Below, in pieces: positions 1 to 13,300 of a stretch of DNA of 64,000 bases (position 1 is its first letter; each line of letters starts with the position of its first letter). The DNA is taken from the NCBI GenBank assembly GCA_905178155.1, contig CAJINV010000003.1, forward strand, positions 11,629,074 to 11,693,073, written 5' to 3'. The position numbers were made by a program, and so were the translations under genes. Source of the DNA: Amoebophrya sp. A120 (lineage: Eukaryota > Protista > Dinoflagellata). Below the pieces are notes generated by a model that searched no databases, had not been told where the DNA came from, and saw nothing but the letters and a program-made list of their open reading frames with translations.

Positions 1-277
1 TACAAGAACTACGGGTGCGATACTTTTGCAACGCGTATGGCGGGCTTGTTGTACATCTCCTCCAGTTCCGCTTGGCGCTGGACCTCCCGGGGATCCGGAA
101 CCTCCTCATGCAAAAACCGGCACTGAATCACGTTACAGCGGCCTTGACGCCTGGTTGTGTTGTACCAGAGTCATGTTGAAAGTAATTGTAGTAGATTTGA
201 TGTTTGTAGTTTGACGTGCACAAGTTAGTAGAAACAAGTCGCTTTCAAGCCCTCGCCAAGACCAAATTCAAATACAT

Positions 278-1705
278 CTATGAGTCGTTTATTTCTGATT
301 TATACCAGTGTCGACAGGTGACCGGAATGCGCTTGCGGTTGGGATCAACCCATCCGTCCCACCCCGCCTTCTCCAGATCCTCCCCAACGGGCAGAACCAT
401 AGACGAAGTCGTCCCACCGCTCGTAGCGCCAGCCCCTGCGCTGCCACCTCCTTGGTGCGTCGGTGTTCTCTCGAGAAGATGATGGCTTTTGCTGTTATTT
501 CCGACGGAGACCACTCTCAAGTTGCCACTATTTTTGAAATGGGCATTCATCTCATTCGCCTCATTTTCTGACAGCATCATCAGATCCTGGTTTGGGCTGT
601 TCAGCGGCAGCGTGCTCTGCGCGGCGGAAGAGGGCTCAGACGGGTTCGGTTGCAGCTGCAGTTGCACTACCTCCGGTAGGACGGTAACGGCATCAACAAA
701 CTCAGCTTGTTTAGTATTTTGCGCATAAGAGGATACAACTTTACTTCCTTCTACTACTTCCCGTGGTCCTGAAGGCTGCAGTGCTGTCGAAGAAAATCCA
801 CCGTTCAGTGCCACTTGCACCGCGCCGCCGGCACGGGCAGAACTGCTGCGGGGGGATTGCAGGGATTGCTCCTGCTGTTGCTGTGCGCCGCTGGGTGCGC
901 TTGTAGTACCACCCACCGATCCGGCAAAGAAAGTCCCGTCATCTCCTGTTGAACATTTTTATTTTTCTGAAACGTCGACAACATAAATCTTTGTGATTTT
1001 TCATCTTTCACGTCCGTGGTACTTGTATTTGAAAATTATTTCGCAGCACACGACTGGTGACGTAGTCATAAAAATCGTACCTTGTTCCAGTGTGCTGCTC
1101 CGCGTGGTCATGTTGGTGTACTGCCGGGTTGTGGTCTCGATCACGATCATTGACTCGCGGGCGGACGACAAAGTAGAACCAGCCGCGTAATTTGTAGGGC
1201 CGTTGTGCTGCACACCAGAGGTGATGGACTCCCGCGGATTATTCATAATGCCCGTACTAATCGTGGACAAAGATTGCTCTGACGAGCGAGCATTTCCCGC
1301 ACCTGTCGTACAAGCAGCGGCGGCGTGTTTAGAGCCAGAGGTCGAAGATGAAACGCGCCCGGAGAGACGGATCCCCGGCGGCGGGTTGGCCGCCCCATTC
1401 ATAGCAGCATTGGAAGTACCACCTCGCTCACCTCCACAAACATTCATCGCCCCGTGCTGGCTCATGTTGGCCGTGACCTGCTGATCGACCAAAATCGGAG
1501 TGCAATTCGCGTAATGGTCCGGCCCATCTAGTTGTGCTTCGAGCCTGGTCGAAGTGCCGGTGCTATGGGTAGTTGTCCGCAAATCACCGGAGCGCGGCGT
1601 CGCGGTTAGCTGCGCGCCCGAGTGCCCGCTGGTGTTGGCTGTGTTTTTTTTATTTTGGTTTGGCATAGAATACCTACATTCTTCCGACCACAGACCATCC
1701 TCCAA
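278..1705 (-). CDS. Low-complexity Ser/Thr/Asn/Gln-rich protein, partial exons (unknown function)
   Basis: Long minus-strand ORFs 278-916 and 1001-1705 share the same biased composition. Exon structure not resolved. Confidence 0.4.
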
Positions 1706-1870
1706 TAAGAACTACATCGAAGTGGGTGTATATTACCATGTATGGAACAATTCTATTCAGGACCCTTCTATTGAAGTTGTATTGCCGCACGTGCCGTTAT
1801 GCAGCAGCATAGAAGGAAAATACTTCATGCTACTTCATGCGTGGACCAGCTGCTCTACTTCTTGATCCAT

Positions 1871-3600
1871 AAAAGCTGTAGCCACAGCTGCGCCGCACGC
1901 AGCTGTCTCGGGCCCGGGCCGAAAACGAGGCACGGCACGAAGACGGGCAGGCCCCCCCTTGTGCCCGCCAGGATACCAAACCCGGCTCAAACGCCCGCGC
2001 GCCGCGGAAACAAGCAGGCAACGCATGGGTGAAGCGCAACAGGTCCGCTTCTGCACGGTCTCCCCCGCGAGTTGCCCACCAGGCCCCCGTGGGCAAGAAA
2101 GAAAAAAAAAGGCACGCCGGAAGCACGCAGCGCGTGAGCTGATCCGAGAGGCCGGCACACGCTCCCGAACATGTCCGGAATTCCGAAGAGGCACATGGCC
2201 GGAACTCCCGAACTGATCCGAGAGGCCGGCACATGTCCGGAATTCCGAAGCCGGAACCGGAAAAAGTTCGGCCCCCGAACTTTTTCGAATTCCGACGACG
2301 GAATTCGCGAAAGGCATTCTGGAAAAAGTTCAGGGCCAAATCTCGATTCTGAACTTTTTCGGATTCCGGCTCCGGAACTGACGAAAGTCTGCGGTCCTTG
2401 ACTTCAACCAAGACCGGCTCCTAAAGATTTCCTAAGGGGCCGGCTTTGGAAAAAGTTCGGGAGGCTGGGCTTTTATCAATTCTGGCGCCGGAACTGGAAA
2501 AAGCTCAGAAACGAAGAAACGCCCTGAACTTTTTCGAAAGGGCGCGGCCCCAAGCACTATCTGGGTGGCTTTACCACGTGCCGGGGCACGGCCGGAGTGC
2601 GGCCCTTTTTTCGGTGTCTGCGTCTACTTGATTCCCGGCAAAAATTGCTCGGGTTCTCAAGAGGCCGCGCCGTTTTTTTTTTGGTGCGCCGCAGTCATCA
2701 CCCCGAGGGAATGCTAGCTGGGCTGGCATGCCGGAAAAGAGGGCCGCACCACTCTCCACCCAGATCCTGCCCTTCTCCTTTATGGCGATGCGCATGCGGT
2801 GTATGTTCGCACAGGACAAGTGCAACCGTTGCAAAAATGCCAACGCTGTAGAACGACGAGAAGCAAGTGCAAGAGGCTGAGCGATATCTCGCGTGATGCG
2901 TGTAACCTCTAAAAGACCCACGCACTGCAAATCAGTTTTGCCATCATCTCGCCCTCTTTCTCGCCTGCTCTATGCTATTACCCTACCAAAGCAAAGGCGT
3001 AGCACCAACACCACCGTCACGCATCCTCGCCGTCGCCACCTAGTCAAAAAGTGCGCGTCCTCGGCGAAGCCGCTACTTCCTACCCGCCTTTTCCTCCGCC
3101 TTCCCCACCAACTCCTACACACAAGGAGAAGCGATTGCCTTTACTTGACACTGCGCCCGCCTGCGCTGCACGCCTCTACACTGATCCCTTCACCCCCGCA
3201 GAGCAGGATGCGACTTCGGCCCCAATGGCCCTAAGCACTCAGGCGACTTACAGCCGCCGCCCCTCCTGCGCAGCACAGCTTGAGCCAGTGGCTCGGAACG
3301 ATTTTGGTGTGCCAGACTCTCCTGGCTTTCTGTTGCGCAATGCTAGCGCGCAACGAGCAGCGACGCGATCCGGGGAAGAGGCGCAACGCGCATTCTGGTG
3401 GTGCGCGAGACAGAAGGGGGTCGCTTACTCAAGGCCCAATCGCCCAAGACGGTCGTCTGGAAGGATTTTCACCGCTGCCACCTGGCCGGCGCCACGCCAC
3501 TCATGCTCATCCGCATGGAGCGACACGCACGGCATAAAACGTCTAAGCTTTGCTGGCCATAGGTTATTTCGTTCAGGGGCGTTTATTTAGTTTCTTGGAG
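1871..3600. mobile_element. GC-rich 1.73-kb insertion flanked by a 40-bp direct repeat
   Basis: TACTTCATGCGTGGACCAGCTGCTCTACTTCTTGATCCAT occurs at 1831-1870 and 3601-3640, with an extra TACTTCATGC at 1821-1830. Composition shifts abruptly. Internal repeats CTGATCCGAGAGGCCGGCACA and CATGTCCGGAATTCCGAAG each occur twice. Confidence 0.55.
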
Positions 3601-3717
3601 TACTTCATGCGTGGACCAGCTGCTCTACTTCTTGATCCATCATCGAAAATGTATTCCTCAATTTTTGTCACATTTTACTATTCAATTTTTAAAAAAGCGG
3701 AATCACAAATCACTATT

Positions 3718-4302
3718 CTATCTTAGTCTAAAACGGCGTTGACCAGTGGTAGCCGTGTGTTCGACGCCATCTACATCTTCCCGGTCTAGCATGCGGCGCG
3801 TAGGCGGCGTCTTGGTGGGGGTGGGGTTCGCATAATAATTGGCGTTCTTTGCATTAGCAGTGTTGTGCATCATACTAATGCCAGCACCAGCACAGCTGGA
3901 AGTGGTACAACTTGATGTAGTAGTAGTCCCGGCGGCGTGATCATTATAGTTGCCTCCGCGAGGAACCCCGGTGCCGGCGCCCTCAAACGGCATGACCACG
4001 CCCTGCTCCCCATGATCGGTGATTGTTTTGGTACTACTAGCAGCGCCCAACTTCGAAGTGGAACTATTGGAATGCATGCTCATTGGTTCCGCTGCCTCCT
4101 CGAAGCTATCCAGCGTTGCTGTTCTCCCCTCGTCCGTCGCTCCGGCCGTCGCTTGACCGGTAAAATACTCGAAAACGCGGTTCATGATGGGCCGCGTTGA
4201 CGAGTTGGGTCTGCTCTTGGTAGTAAGTACCGCTTTTGCGAGAAAAGGAGAAACAACTTTTCCTTCTACTTCTCTCGCCGCGCTGGTGTTCTGAAAAAAC
4301 AA
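3718..4302 (-). CDS. Low-complexity Ser/Thr-rich protein exon (unknown function)
   Basis: 194-aa minus-strand ORF; the frame stays open upstream to about 4388. Confidence 0.4.
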   Translation of the reverse strand: MFFQNTSAAREVEGKVVSPFLAKAVLTTKSRPNSSTRPIMNRVFEYFTGQATAGATDEGRTATLDSFEEAAEPMSMHSNSSTSKLGAASSTKTITDHGEQGVVMPFEGAGTGVPRGGNYNDHAAGTTTTSSCTTSSCAGAGISMMHNTANAKNANYYANPTPTKTPPTRRMLDREDVDGVEHTATTGQRRFRLR

Positions 4303-6917
4303 CCCGTTGGTTAATATGACTTCTTTGAAACTAACTATGAGTCGATCGAAGATTCTGTGATTGTGATTACTATAGGCTGGAGGTAGTTTTTATTACAGAC
4401 TGTTGTACTTTCACAAGAAAATTTTCTACTAGCAATTCGGTGCTGTGGTTGGCGTCACCAGTGGTCGCCAACGCTTAACCGTCTCAGAAAATAAATCTGG
4501 TGGATGCTATTCAAGTACTTGAACTTGTTTTTGAAAAAATATACTCCGTGTTTTTTCTTACTGAAGTGTGTTCTCCTACACTTTTACTAGAAACACTACT
4601 AGCCCATGAATCAGCAGAAGCTTCTTTTGTCGACAAGAAGATGAAGTGGAACGGAAGCTACTAGAAGTAGAGCAGTACTAGGATTTATTACGGTACTAGG
4701 AAGTACCGCAAAAATATCTAATAATTTCTACAAGCTGTATGAGATAAAATCTTTCCAACTGTACTAGTTGCTCTCCATCTCCTCATCTCTCACAGTTGCT
4801 AAAGTTTTTGTCAAATGGGGATGTTTTTATGGTGAGGGTGTTGATGGTTTTTCGATGGTTGAGGTCGTGTGGTTCACTACTACAACACTTGTTCGCCAAA
4901 TAGGGTTGAACGCTCTTGAGTCTGTAAACGTTCCAATTGGCGGTGATCCTTCGTCGCAGGCAAAGCTAGCCGGAGAAAAAGGCGGCCGTGACAGACGGCG
5001 ATGAATGTCATAAAAATATATATTTATATTCTTCACACTAATTTGGTCCACTTTGTGTGGCCGGAAAGAACTTGGTAAAAACTAAGTTGATAAGAAAAGC
5101 CTGGCGTTGTACTATTTGTGATGCTGAAAACAAATCATACAGGTGTACTCGAACAAATGGCACTTATTATTTTTCCCGGCTTTTACTATCTCAATCGATA
5201 TTCTGTTTAGATCGTAGCTGTTCTGGAGCCTCTCTCATACTGATGGTAGAATCATATGGGTTTGCCTTTGCTACATGTTTCTATGGACAAAAAAAAATAC
5301 CTATGCTGATGTGAGCAGCCGTCAGACCTCCACGAATATACTATGCTGAACCATGATCCTCCTTGAGCAGGCTTCTGATAGCCTAGAAATAACCTAGAGT
5401 CTTTTTTTCGTGAGCGTGATGGTCCTTAGCACCGGTCAGTATCTTCTAAAGTGCTAGTGCCTGCTCTCATTGAGTTAAGCAACAAACACGAAACAGAGTC
5501 GATAATTATGGTGAACAGACACAAGCGCGTGTTGTTCGAAGGGTTTCTCTAACTATGGGGGTACTACGCATAAAACTATATCCACTATTACTCATCGTTA
5601 CATGTAGAACTCTATTGAATTTTCTCACATCAAATGTTTCCCAGCTATAGTTTGCGTTCTTTCCTATGCCGACTACCCTCGCAGTCGCAGGCTAATAGAA
5701 GTAGCAGTAGGGGTTATAAATTGTAAACTTGGTGCGTACTACACAAGTACAGAAAGGGAGTGCGATTTCTTCGAGCAGCTAATATTGCGGCTACCTCTTC
5801 TTGACACAGAAGAGCCGGGCTGTAAGTACTATTTATTATGGATCTACGTCGATACTATCTTATTTCGGTGTATATTTTCAATTGACACTAGTGGAGCATT
5901 TAAAAAAGTCGTAATTTGTACAAGGAGTATAAAGTAAAGTCCTGGCTTAGGCTTTCGAAAATTATTTATTATACACAAAAAGCAGAGCGATGAAAGGCAG
6001 CTAGTATTCGTACTGTTTTCTTGAGGGTGAAATTCTAAGCGCGTAACCACGATGTCCCATAGATACTACGGAAAATACCTAAAACAGATCCTGAATTATC
6101 GCTGTGGAAAAATCAATTTTGTTGAGGCGAAATAAAAAAAAAAGTGGCGACTTCATGGCCTCGGCTGGAAAACAAAGAGCTCTGAACATTGATTTTCATA
6201 CAGAACATAGCTGGCTGCGGAAGGATCGAGGAAGCGCGGGCTTGCTTCAAAGCAGCACTAGGCAGAGGGAACAGCGGTATCAAAGAATAGAGCAAAAATT
6301 CCTTCCCAGGAACACTAACACTTTACCAAACTAGATCTACTCGCAAAGTAGTTTTAGATCCTATCAATGGTTAGATCAGGTGGTGATATAAATCTCCACA
6401 CAAATTTGCTATCTGCTATTGGGAGCTGACCAGGGAGCTCTTCTTCTATGTTGTGCATGCTACGTCTAGTTTCAGATCGGATCGTATCAAAAAAAAGCTG
6501 CACGGTGAGCGGATCTTCAACATAGTTTCTACTTTTGATCCTACATGTAGTGCTGTTCCTGTAGTAAATTTGATCTTGCTAACAATGGCGATACCAGTTT
6601 TGTGTCCGGAAACGCAATTGGTTGTTCTTTTTGGGGGGCGCTAGGCTCTACTGATCTTCTTTTGAAGAGGGTCGGAGCTTGATAGCCCGACACTGACGAC
6701 CCGACTAGAAATGTGTGCTCAGCACGCATTTCTAGTTGGGTCGACACAGCAGCTGCGTGAGTGACGTTTTTGCATGCTGAGGTTTGTGCCGTATCTTCAT
6801 TTTTCCGTTTTTGTTAAAGCCCCACCGCGTCAAATAAAACCCAACCCCCCCCCGCCCAATATATGAATATAATTCCGGCTGCGAATCCCGACCCCAACGA
6901 ACCCCATCCCCCGCAAA

Positions 6918-8480
6918 CTATGGAAATAACGCCGCAAGCTTCGTTCTTCTGCCGTGGAAGGCCGTCGCCCTTAGAATTTTTCGATGGGCTTTCAAAATGT
7001 TTGAACGTGAAAAATCAGACTCAGTACCATATCGCGGCCCACCGAACGAGCGGCCCGGTTGTTGTACTAGTTGTTCGCAGTTTGTTCCTTTCGCGGTAGC
7101 CCCAGCACGACCACCCCCGCCAAGATCTACTTCTTCGCTGCCTTCGTTTATTGATACTGCTGCTGCACCAGCGGTCGGAGATGAACTCGCGAACGAACCC
7201 CAGATGGATCGTGTCATTTGGGAAAAGAAGGACGAAGAGGACGCCTTATAATTCTTGGTCGTGGTGTTGTTCATCTTCACAGGCTCGTGCTGTGCAACTA
7301 CATGTTCTTGATCACGTTCTTGTAGTACTTTCTTGCTGTCGTCCTGTAGTACCTGTAGTTCATCATCATCTCCAGCATCTTCCGGCAAGAATAAACCTTC
7401 GCCAGCTAGAGGAACTAAAGAAGTAATCTCGTTTGTCGTTACTTCACCAGCTGCACTGGTAGTTGATGCAGTACTGACTCCCGTCACGTTGGAGCTAGTA
7501 CCCGAGAAGTCGCCCGGAGAGGACGGACCCCAGGAGGTCGTAGATGAGAAGTTCATCATGCTCATCTTGTTTCCGTAGTTGTCGTTCTGATCATCATAAT
7601 CTTCTTCAAAAGCTACTTCATGACCGGGAGCCTATGCATTGCAAATATGTCTGGGTCTAGAGGAATGCGAGTTTGTCGTGCTTGTCTCACATGACTCTTA
7701 GGTCTGTAATGCATGTTGAGCTGTCATGCGGGAAGAAAGACACATAGGAGCACAAAAACTTGTCATGCGTGGTTGCGTAACGAAGTGCGCCCAAAATTCA
7801 CAAACTAGCGTCACAAGTTTCCTCCCGACCCAGACATATTTGCAATGCATAGAGCCGTCTCTAGTACAACTTCAACGCCCGACGTCGAAGCGACCTCGAC
7901 GTCTAGGAACTCGTCAAAACTGGAAGAGGACCCGCTGACACAAGAACTCGAGTTGTGTATCCCACAGAAAAAGACAGGCAGGGGCAGGGCATCCTCGTAT
8001 TATGCAAAAATAAGAAGTACACGAAAAAATCTGTACTGCATATCCCAAATGGCACACTGTGGGTCCGGCGCCCATGACAGGAGAAATAAATCTGCTAAAC
8101 TTATACTTTTGCATTTAGAAATATGACCTGCCTGTCTTTTTCAGTGGGATAGAATGGTCGGGGTGCGAAGATGAACCGGTTGATGAGATGCGGAGTTTTT
8201 CCGAGCAGGCGACCGGCACATCCTCTAAGAGCACATCGTCAAAAGCGTCCACGTACAGACTGTCGGACTCCGCGCGCGGGCGAGCAGGACCATCTTGATG
8301 CAGCTCCACGCCGCCCCCGCGCGGAGTGGTGCAGCTCGTAGTTGTTCTTGGGCTCCTGTAGCAGCTGCCTTCCTGTTTCAGATTGTTCATGGGGCTCTTC
8401 AATCCGGTCGACGTGCTGCTGCTTGTCGTAGTGGAGCTAGCGGTGGTGAGGCTCTTCCTGTCGCTGACAGTACTCACCAT
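6918..8480 (-). CDS. Ser/Thr-rich protein of unknown function, split by two introners
   Basis: Removing 7958-8156 and 7633-7856 joins ORF 8115-8480 to ORF 6918-7565 in frame (...SSHPDHNSSSCVSG...VVLETAPGHEVAFEEDY...). Gene ends uncertain. Confidence 0.6.
7633..7851. mobile_element. Introner, family A
   Basis: TIR TATGCATTGCAAATATGTCTGGGTC / GACCCAGACATATTTGCAATGCATA; DR GAGCC; removal restores frame. Confidence 0.9.
7958..8151. mobile_element. Introner, family B
   Basis: TIR TATCCCACAGAAAAAGACAGGCAGG / CCTGCCTGTCTTTTTCAGTGGGATA; DR decayed (TTGTG/GAATG); removing element +5 bp restores frame. Confidence 0.85.
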
Positions 8481-10398
8481 TTTTGTTTTATTTCCCCTGC
8501 GGTAGGTCTACCTGGTGACCACGACGACGTGGCTCTTCCTCCCGATTGCAGGAGCCAAGAGCAGAAGGATTGCAGCAGCCGGCCCGTCGTAACTGGAAAG
8601 ATAAAGCAAGGTTACCTACGCCAGAAAAACAAGAACAGAAAAAAAAAGTAGTAAGCGCGAAATCGGAAATAATCAATTGAAATAGTAATAGTTCTTTTGT
8701 TCTCCAAGTGATATTACGATTTGAAGATTGAAGCCCCGGCTTCTACTTCACCCGTAGAACAAGCAAGTAAGTAGGTAGGAAGAATAGACTAGCAGTGCGC
8801 TGGAAAATATCACACGTTCAACGGGAATCAAAAAACTCGCATATATTTGGTACTCTTGACTCTAAACTCGCATAAAATGTTAAAACTGGTAGGCTTTGTT
8901 GTTTTCTTGGAACTGGAAACTTTGAAAGTAAAGAGTAAAAACTTCGGAAAAAGATGTTGACGTCAGCAGCTCGCCTGTAGCTCCTGTAGAGACTTCTACT
9001 TTCCGGATTAGAAATTGTGGACACTATTTTCAAATCTTAAATAATCTTGTAAAATAAACTTGGTTTGTGAAGCGGTTCTGGGCTGATTTTGGCCCGATAC
9101 TCATACTACATCTAATATCCCCTGCACTACATCGAGAGTTTTCGTTGAGGGCAAGAAAAAGGACTCCTATGTGTCTTTTTTTGTGCAGAGTATTTTCAAA
9201 ACGGACTTCTGTCAGAAAAGACCTCCCGAGTCAAAACGCCAATATCGAAAGAAAGACGATACCGGCTTCTTACAAACATGAAACCTTATGTCGAAAGAGA
9301 CGGAAGAATAGGCGGTAATGTTGTGGTTGTAGTACTTCTCAGAGAGTTGGGTGCCTGGGTAGCTTATAATATACCATTCTCAATCTCGACTCATTCGTCG
9401 CACTCAATTCATTCGATCCCTCTCTTCAAACGATGAAGCATCAACAAGCACGATTTGAAGGCTGAAGAAAGTGGAATTACAATTAGACCGCAACACACAA
9501 AAACGACAGACGAATTGGATTTTACCACTCGCTGCACTCGTATACAACACTCGAAAGAGCCGGGTCGTTGTACTTCTACATGCGAAGTCGACTGTCTCCC
9601 CGTGGTTGTCTCGCCCAATTGTACCAGTAGTTTCACCAAAACACAACAACTTGACTTATTCGCTCGTACTACTCTATTTTCAAACAGCGGCTAGTATAAA
9701 CACTTGTAACGAAGCGCTCTGGAGTCAGTACTAACAGTCACCGTCTCGTCGCTCCTTGTCAAGAAGAACAAAGCCCCGTCGTGAAGGTGGGTCTCCATCG
9801 CGAAGGTGGTCCGCAGGAGAACAGGGATAACAAAAAAACAACAGAATGCGGGTGAAGATGCTCTTTGGAGATTGTGGTAGTTCAGTTCTCACAAATACAA
9901 CGTTGGAGCAAGAATACGTACACGTGCTTTGAAGTGTGGTGCTCAAACTCATCCACCGGCACCGTTCTTTCGTGCGCATTATTTTTGCAAATAGGAGGAT
10001 GAAAGGCAACATCTTCTCACATTGGTATTTAACTCTGCGCAGCAGCTCCGGCGCCTCGTCGAGCGCAGTAGAATATCGCGAAGACAGAGCCGCGACACAG
10101 CCACGGGCCGGTCGGCTCGGTAAGCAGACATGACATAGATACAGAACAGATGAAAAAGGAAAGGAAAAATACGCTCTACTGAAGAACTGGAACCAAAAGA
10201 TGAAAAGTCCATCGAAAAAATGAATCAATGAGGAAAGGCCCGCCTTACACTTCTCGCTCTTGCGCACTAAAAAGACGAAGACGAAGAGCGAGGAGTGTTT
10301 TTTTCTAGAATAATTGATCGCATATTGGTTCAATGAACCAGCAAAAGCCGGAAAATTGAACAAAAATTCGTGAACAAGAATCAATTATCCTCTATCTG

Positions 10399-13300
10399 TT
10401 AGAACCTCCTCTTGTACCATATCATGTACTCCGGGTAACACTGGTCGTTGTCGTACACAATCAACTATGCATTGCAAATATGTCATCTGGGTCTGGATAC
10501 TTACACTTGTCATGCTAATTCTGAATAGTGCAACAACGTTGTCATGCTAATAACTTGCGTGATTCATTACCAAAAGCGGCCCCATTTTCTTGACCAAGTT
10601 GATGAGAGGCAGCTTCTCATGCAGGGGAGGCATGATAGCGGTCGCGCAGAATCTGTCATGCTAGCTCATATAGGACAGACCTCATGATGTCGTGTCATGG
10701 AAAACCTGCATGAAAAAGCCCTGCAATCTACTTCCAGACAAAGACCTATTTGCGTGTGATACCAGCTCCCGAAAGGTGTCGCGGCACTTCTCACGGTCCC
10801 CCAACACCGAGTCATAGGGGCCCCGCGTGCACTTCTGCACCAACGAATCGACGTTCGGGTGGATTTCCTCTATGGAGTGGAAGAAACATTTTTGTGCAGG
10901 ACGGAGCATGTTCTTGCAGTAAGTACCTATCATCAAATGACTCAGCTTGTAGTTCCCTTCTAGACAAAGAAACCAAAACTGGAATACAACTTCGGCAATA
11001 CAGATTGTGATGTTCTCTGTGCGACGGCTCGAACGGATGGGAGAAACATCCACTGATTTTATTTCGTGTCTGATGTATACTAGCACAATCTTTCTTCGCA
11101 AAGTTTCAATTTCATATCGTCGGTGTAATACACGTTCCCCAGGACCACCCGACACAGCAGCAACGGCCGCAGCCCCGTCATGTACTCCGGCTCAGTGTAC
11201 TCATCGGACTTGGAGCACGTATGGGAGTGTCAGGATTGAAATCGACAAAGTTGTCATCCATAAAATCGATACCAGTTGGAAGCCCAATTTCTAAGCGGCG
11301 CATGACAAATTTCGGCACCGTCCAAATCCAGTTTGTCATGCTGTTTAGGGACAGAAGGCGTCTTTCGTCATGCGACTTTAGCAGCTCTATCGGACACCTA
11401 TATCAGAAATTACATTTCAACTTTGTCGATTTCAATCCTGACACTCTTCCATAGCACGCTTCCGCAAAGTAGAGTCCTTTTCCGTACAGCGTGCCCGCGT
11501 GCGACCCCGATATCAAATGCAAATATGTCTGGGTCTAGAGATTTGTGATTCAAGTCAGGGAACAGTGCGCGCACCGTATTGCACTGCCAAGCATGACACG
11601 TTTTTCCGTGGTTCTCAGTTGCTTACTCCGCATGAGAAACTGCGTTGTTCCATGACAGGCAAGAGGAGCTCTGTGCAGCCACGCAATACAGAGCTCAGAG
11701 TCATGCCCGACTGGCATGCCAAACCCGCACTCTTCCAGACCTAGACATTTTTGCAGTTGATACCCGACAAGTCCAAGCGAAAGTCCGAGCTCGTGATCGC
11801 GGTGGCCGCGTCCGGCTTGGTCCCGTGCCACAGGTATCGTAAGGAAAAATTCCCCCTCCCGATATCGAAAAGTAATGCGGATTTGTGACCACAAAGAGTA
11901 AGAAAAAGTTTCGGGTCACACCGTATGTTTATTTAAAAAATACAAAAAATGAAATTAAATGCAACAATTGATTAGTTTTACATGTCCCGTGATGATGAAG
12001 CTCTTTAATTAAGTATGAGAATAGATATCAGCTGAAGACGATCCGGCATGGTCCCCATCCATTGAAGGCGGTCCGGCATGGTCGTCATCAGCTGAAGATG
12101 ATCCGGCATGGTCGCCATCGGCTGAAGATGGTCCCGCATGGTCGTCATCGTCTCAAGACTGCCCGCAAAACCTTTGGCGCGGGAAATTTACCACAGGGCG
12201 CCCCCGATGGCACGCACGGCGAGCCTGGTCGGCGACGCTTCCACGCCGCCCAAGGAAGTCAGCAACAAATCTGAGCGACGGGCAGCGCTTCGCCGTTTCC
12301 GGGCGTTCTACGGGCGTAGGGAGCCCGGAAACGCCCGGCGGCCGTCTTTTTCCGGGCGCGCCAAGTACAGGCGGGGCCGACCGAACAAAAAGCCGGGCCA
12401 ATCTTTGCCGGGCGGTAGTTTCGCAGCCGCCCCCTAGAACTTTGGCGCGCAGCCCGCCCGGCGATCTTCGTCGCGGCGAACTTTTTCGGCAAAATCGCCG
12501 GGCGACAATTTCGCGGGCAGCCCCTGCACCCGGCCAGACGCTGCCTGCCCGCCACCGTTTCCGGGCGTTCTACGGACGTAGGAGGCCCGGAAACGCCCGG
12601 CGGCCTTCTTTTTCCGGGAGGCCAGCACGCAGCCGCAAGCCCGCCGGCCCGCCCGGCCGGCACTCGCGCGCGCCTTTCGTTGATGGTGATCACCTGGCCA
12701 ATTCTCCGGAATGATCGCGAAACTGCCGACCCCGATGATCGTCTCCAGCTGACGACGACCAAGCGCGGACGTCTTTCGTTGATGGTGATCACCTGGCCAA
12801 TTCTCCGGAGCGTCCGCGAAACTGTCGACCATGATGATCGTCTCCAGCTGACGACGACCAATCGCGGACGTCTTTCGCTGTCTGATGGTGATCACCTGGC
12901 CAATTCTACGGAGCGTCCGCGAAACTGTCGACCATGATGATCGTCTCCAGCTGACGACGACCAATCGCGGACGTCTTTCGCTGATGGTGATCACCTGGCC
13001 AATTCTACGGAGCGTCCGCGAAACTGTCGACCATGATGATCGTCTCCAGCTGACGACGACCAATCGCGGACGTCTTTCGCTGATGGTGATCACCTGGCCA
13101 ATTCTACGGAGCGTCCGCGAAACTGTCGACCATGATGATCGTCTCCAGCTGACGACGACCAATCGCGGACGTCTTTCGCTGATGGTGATCACCTGGCCAA
13201 TTCTACGGAGCGTCCGCGAAACTGTCGACCATGATGATCGTCTCCAGCTGACGACGACCAATCGCGGACGTCTTTCGCTGATGGTGATCACCTGGCCAAT

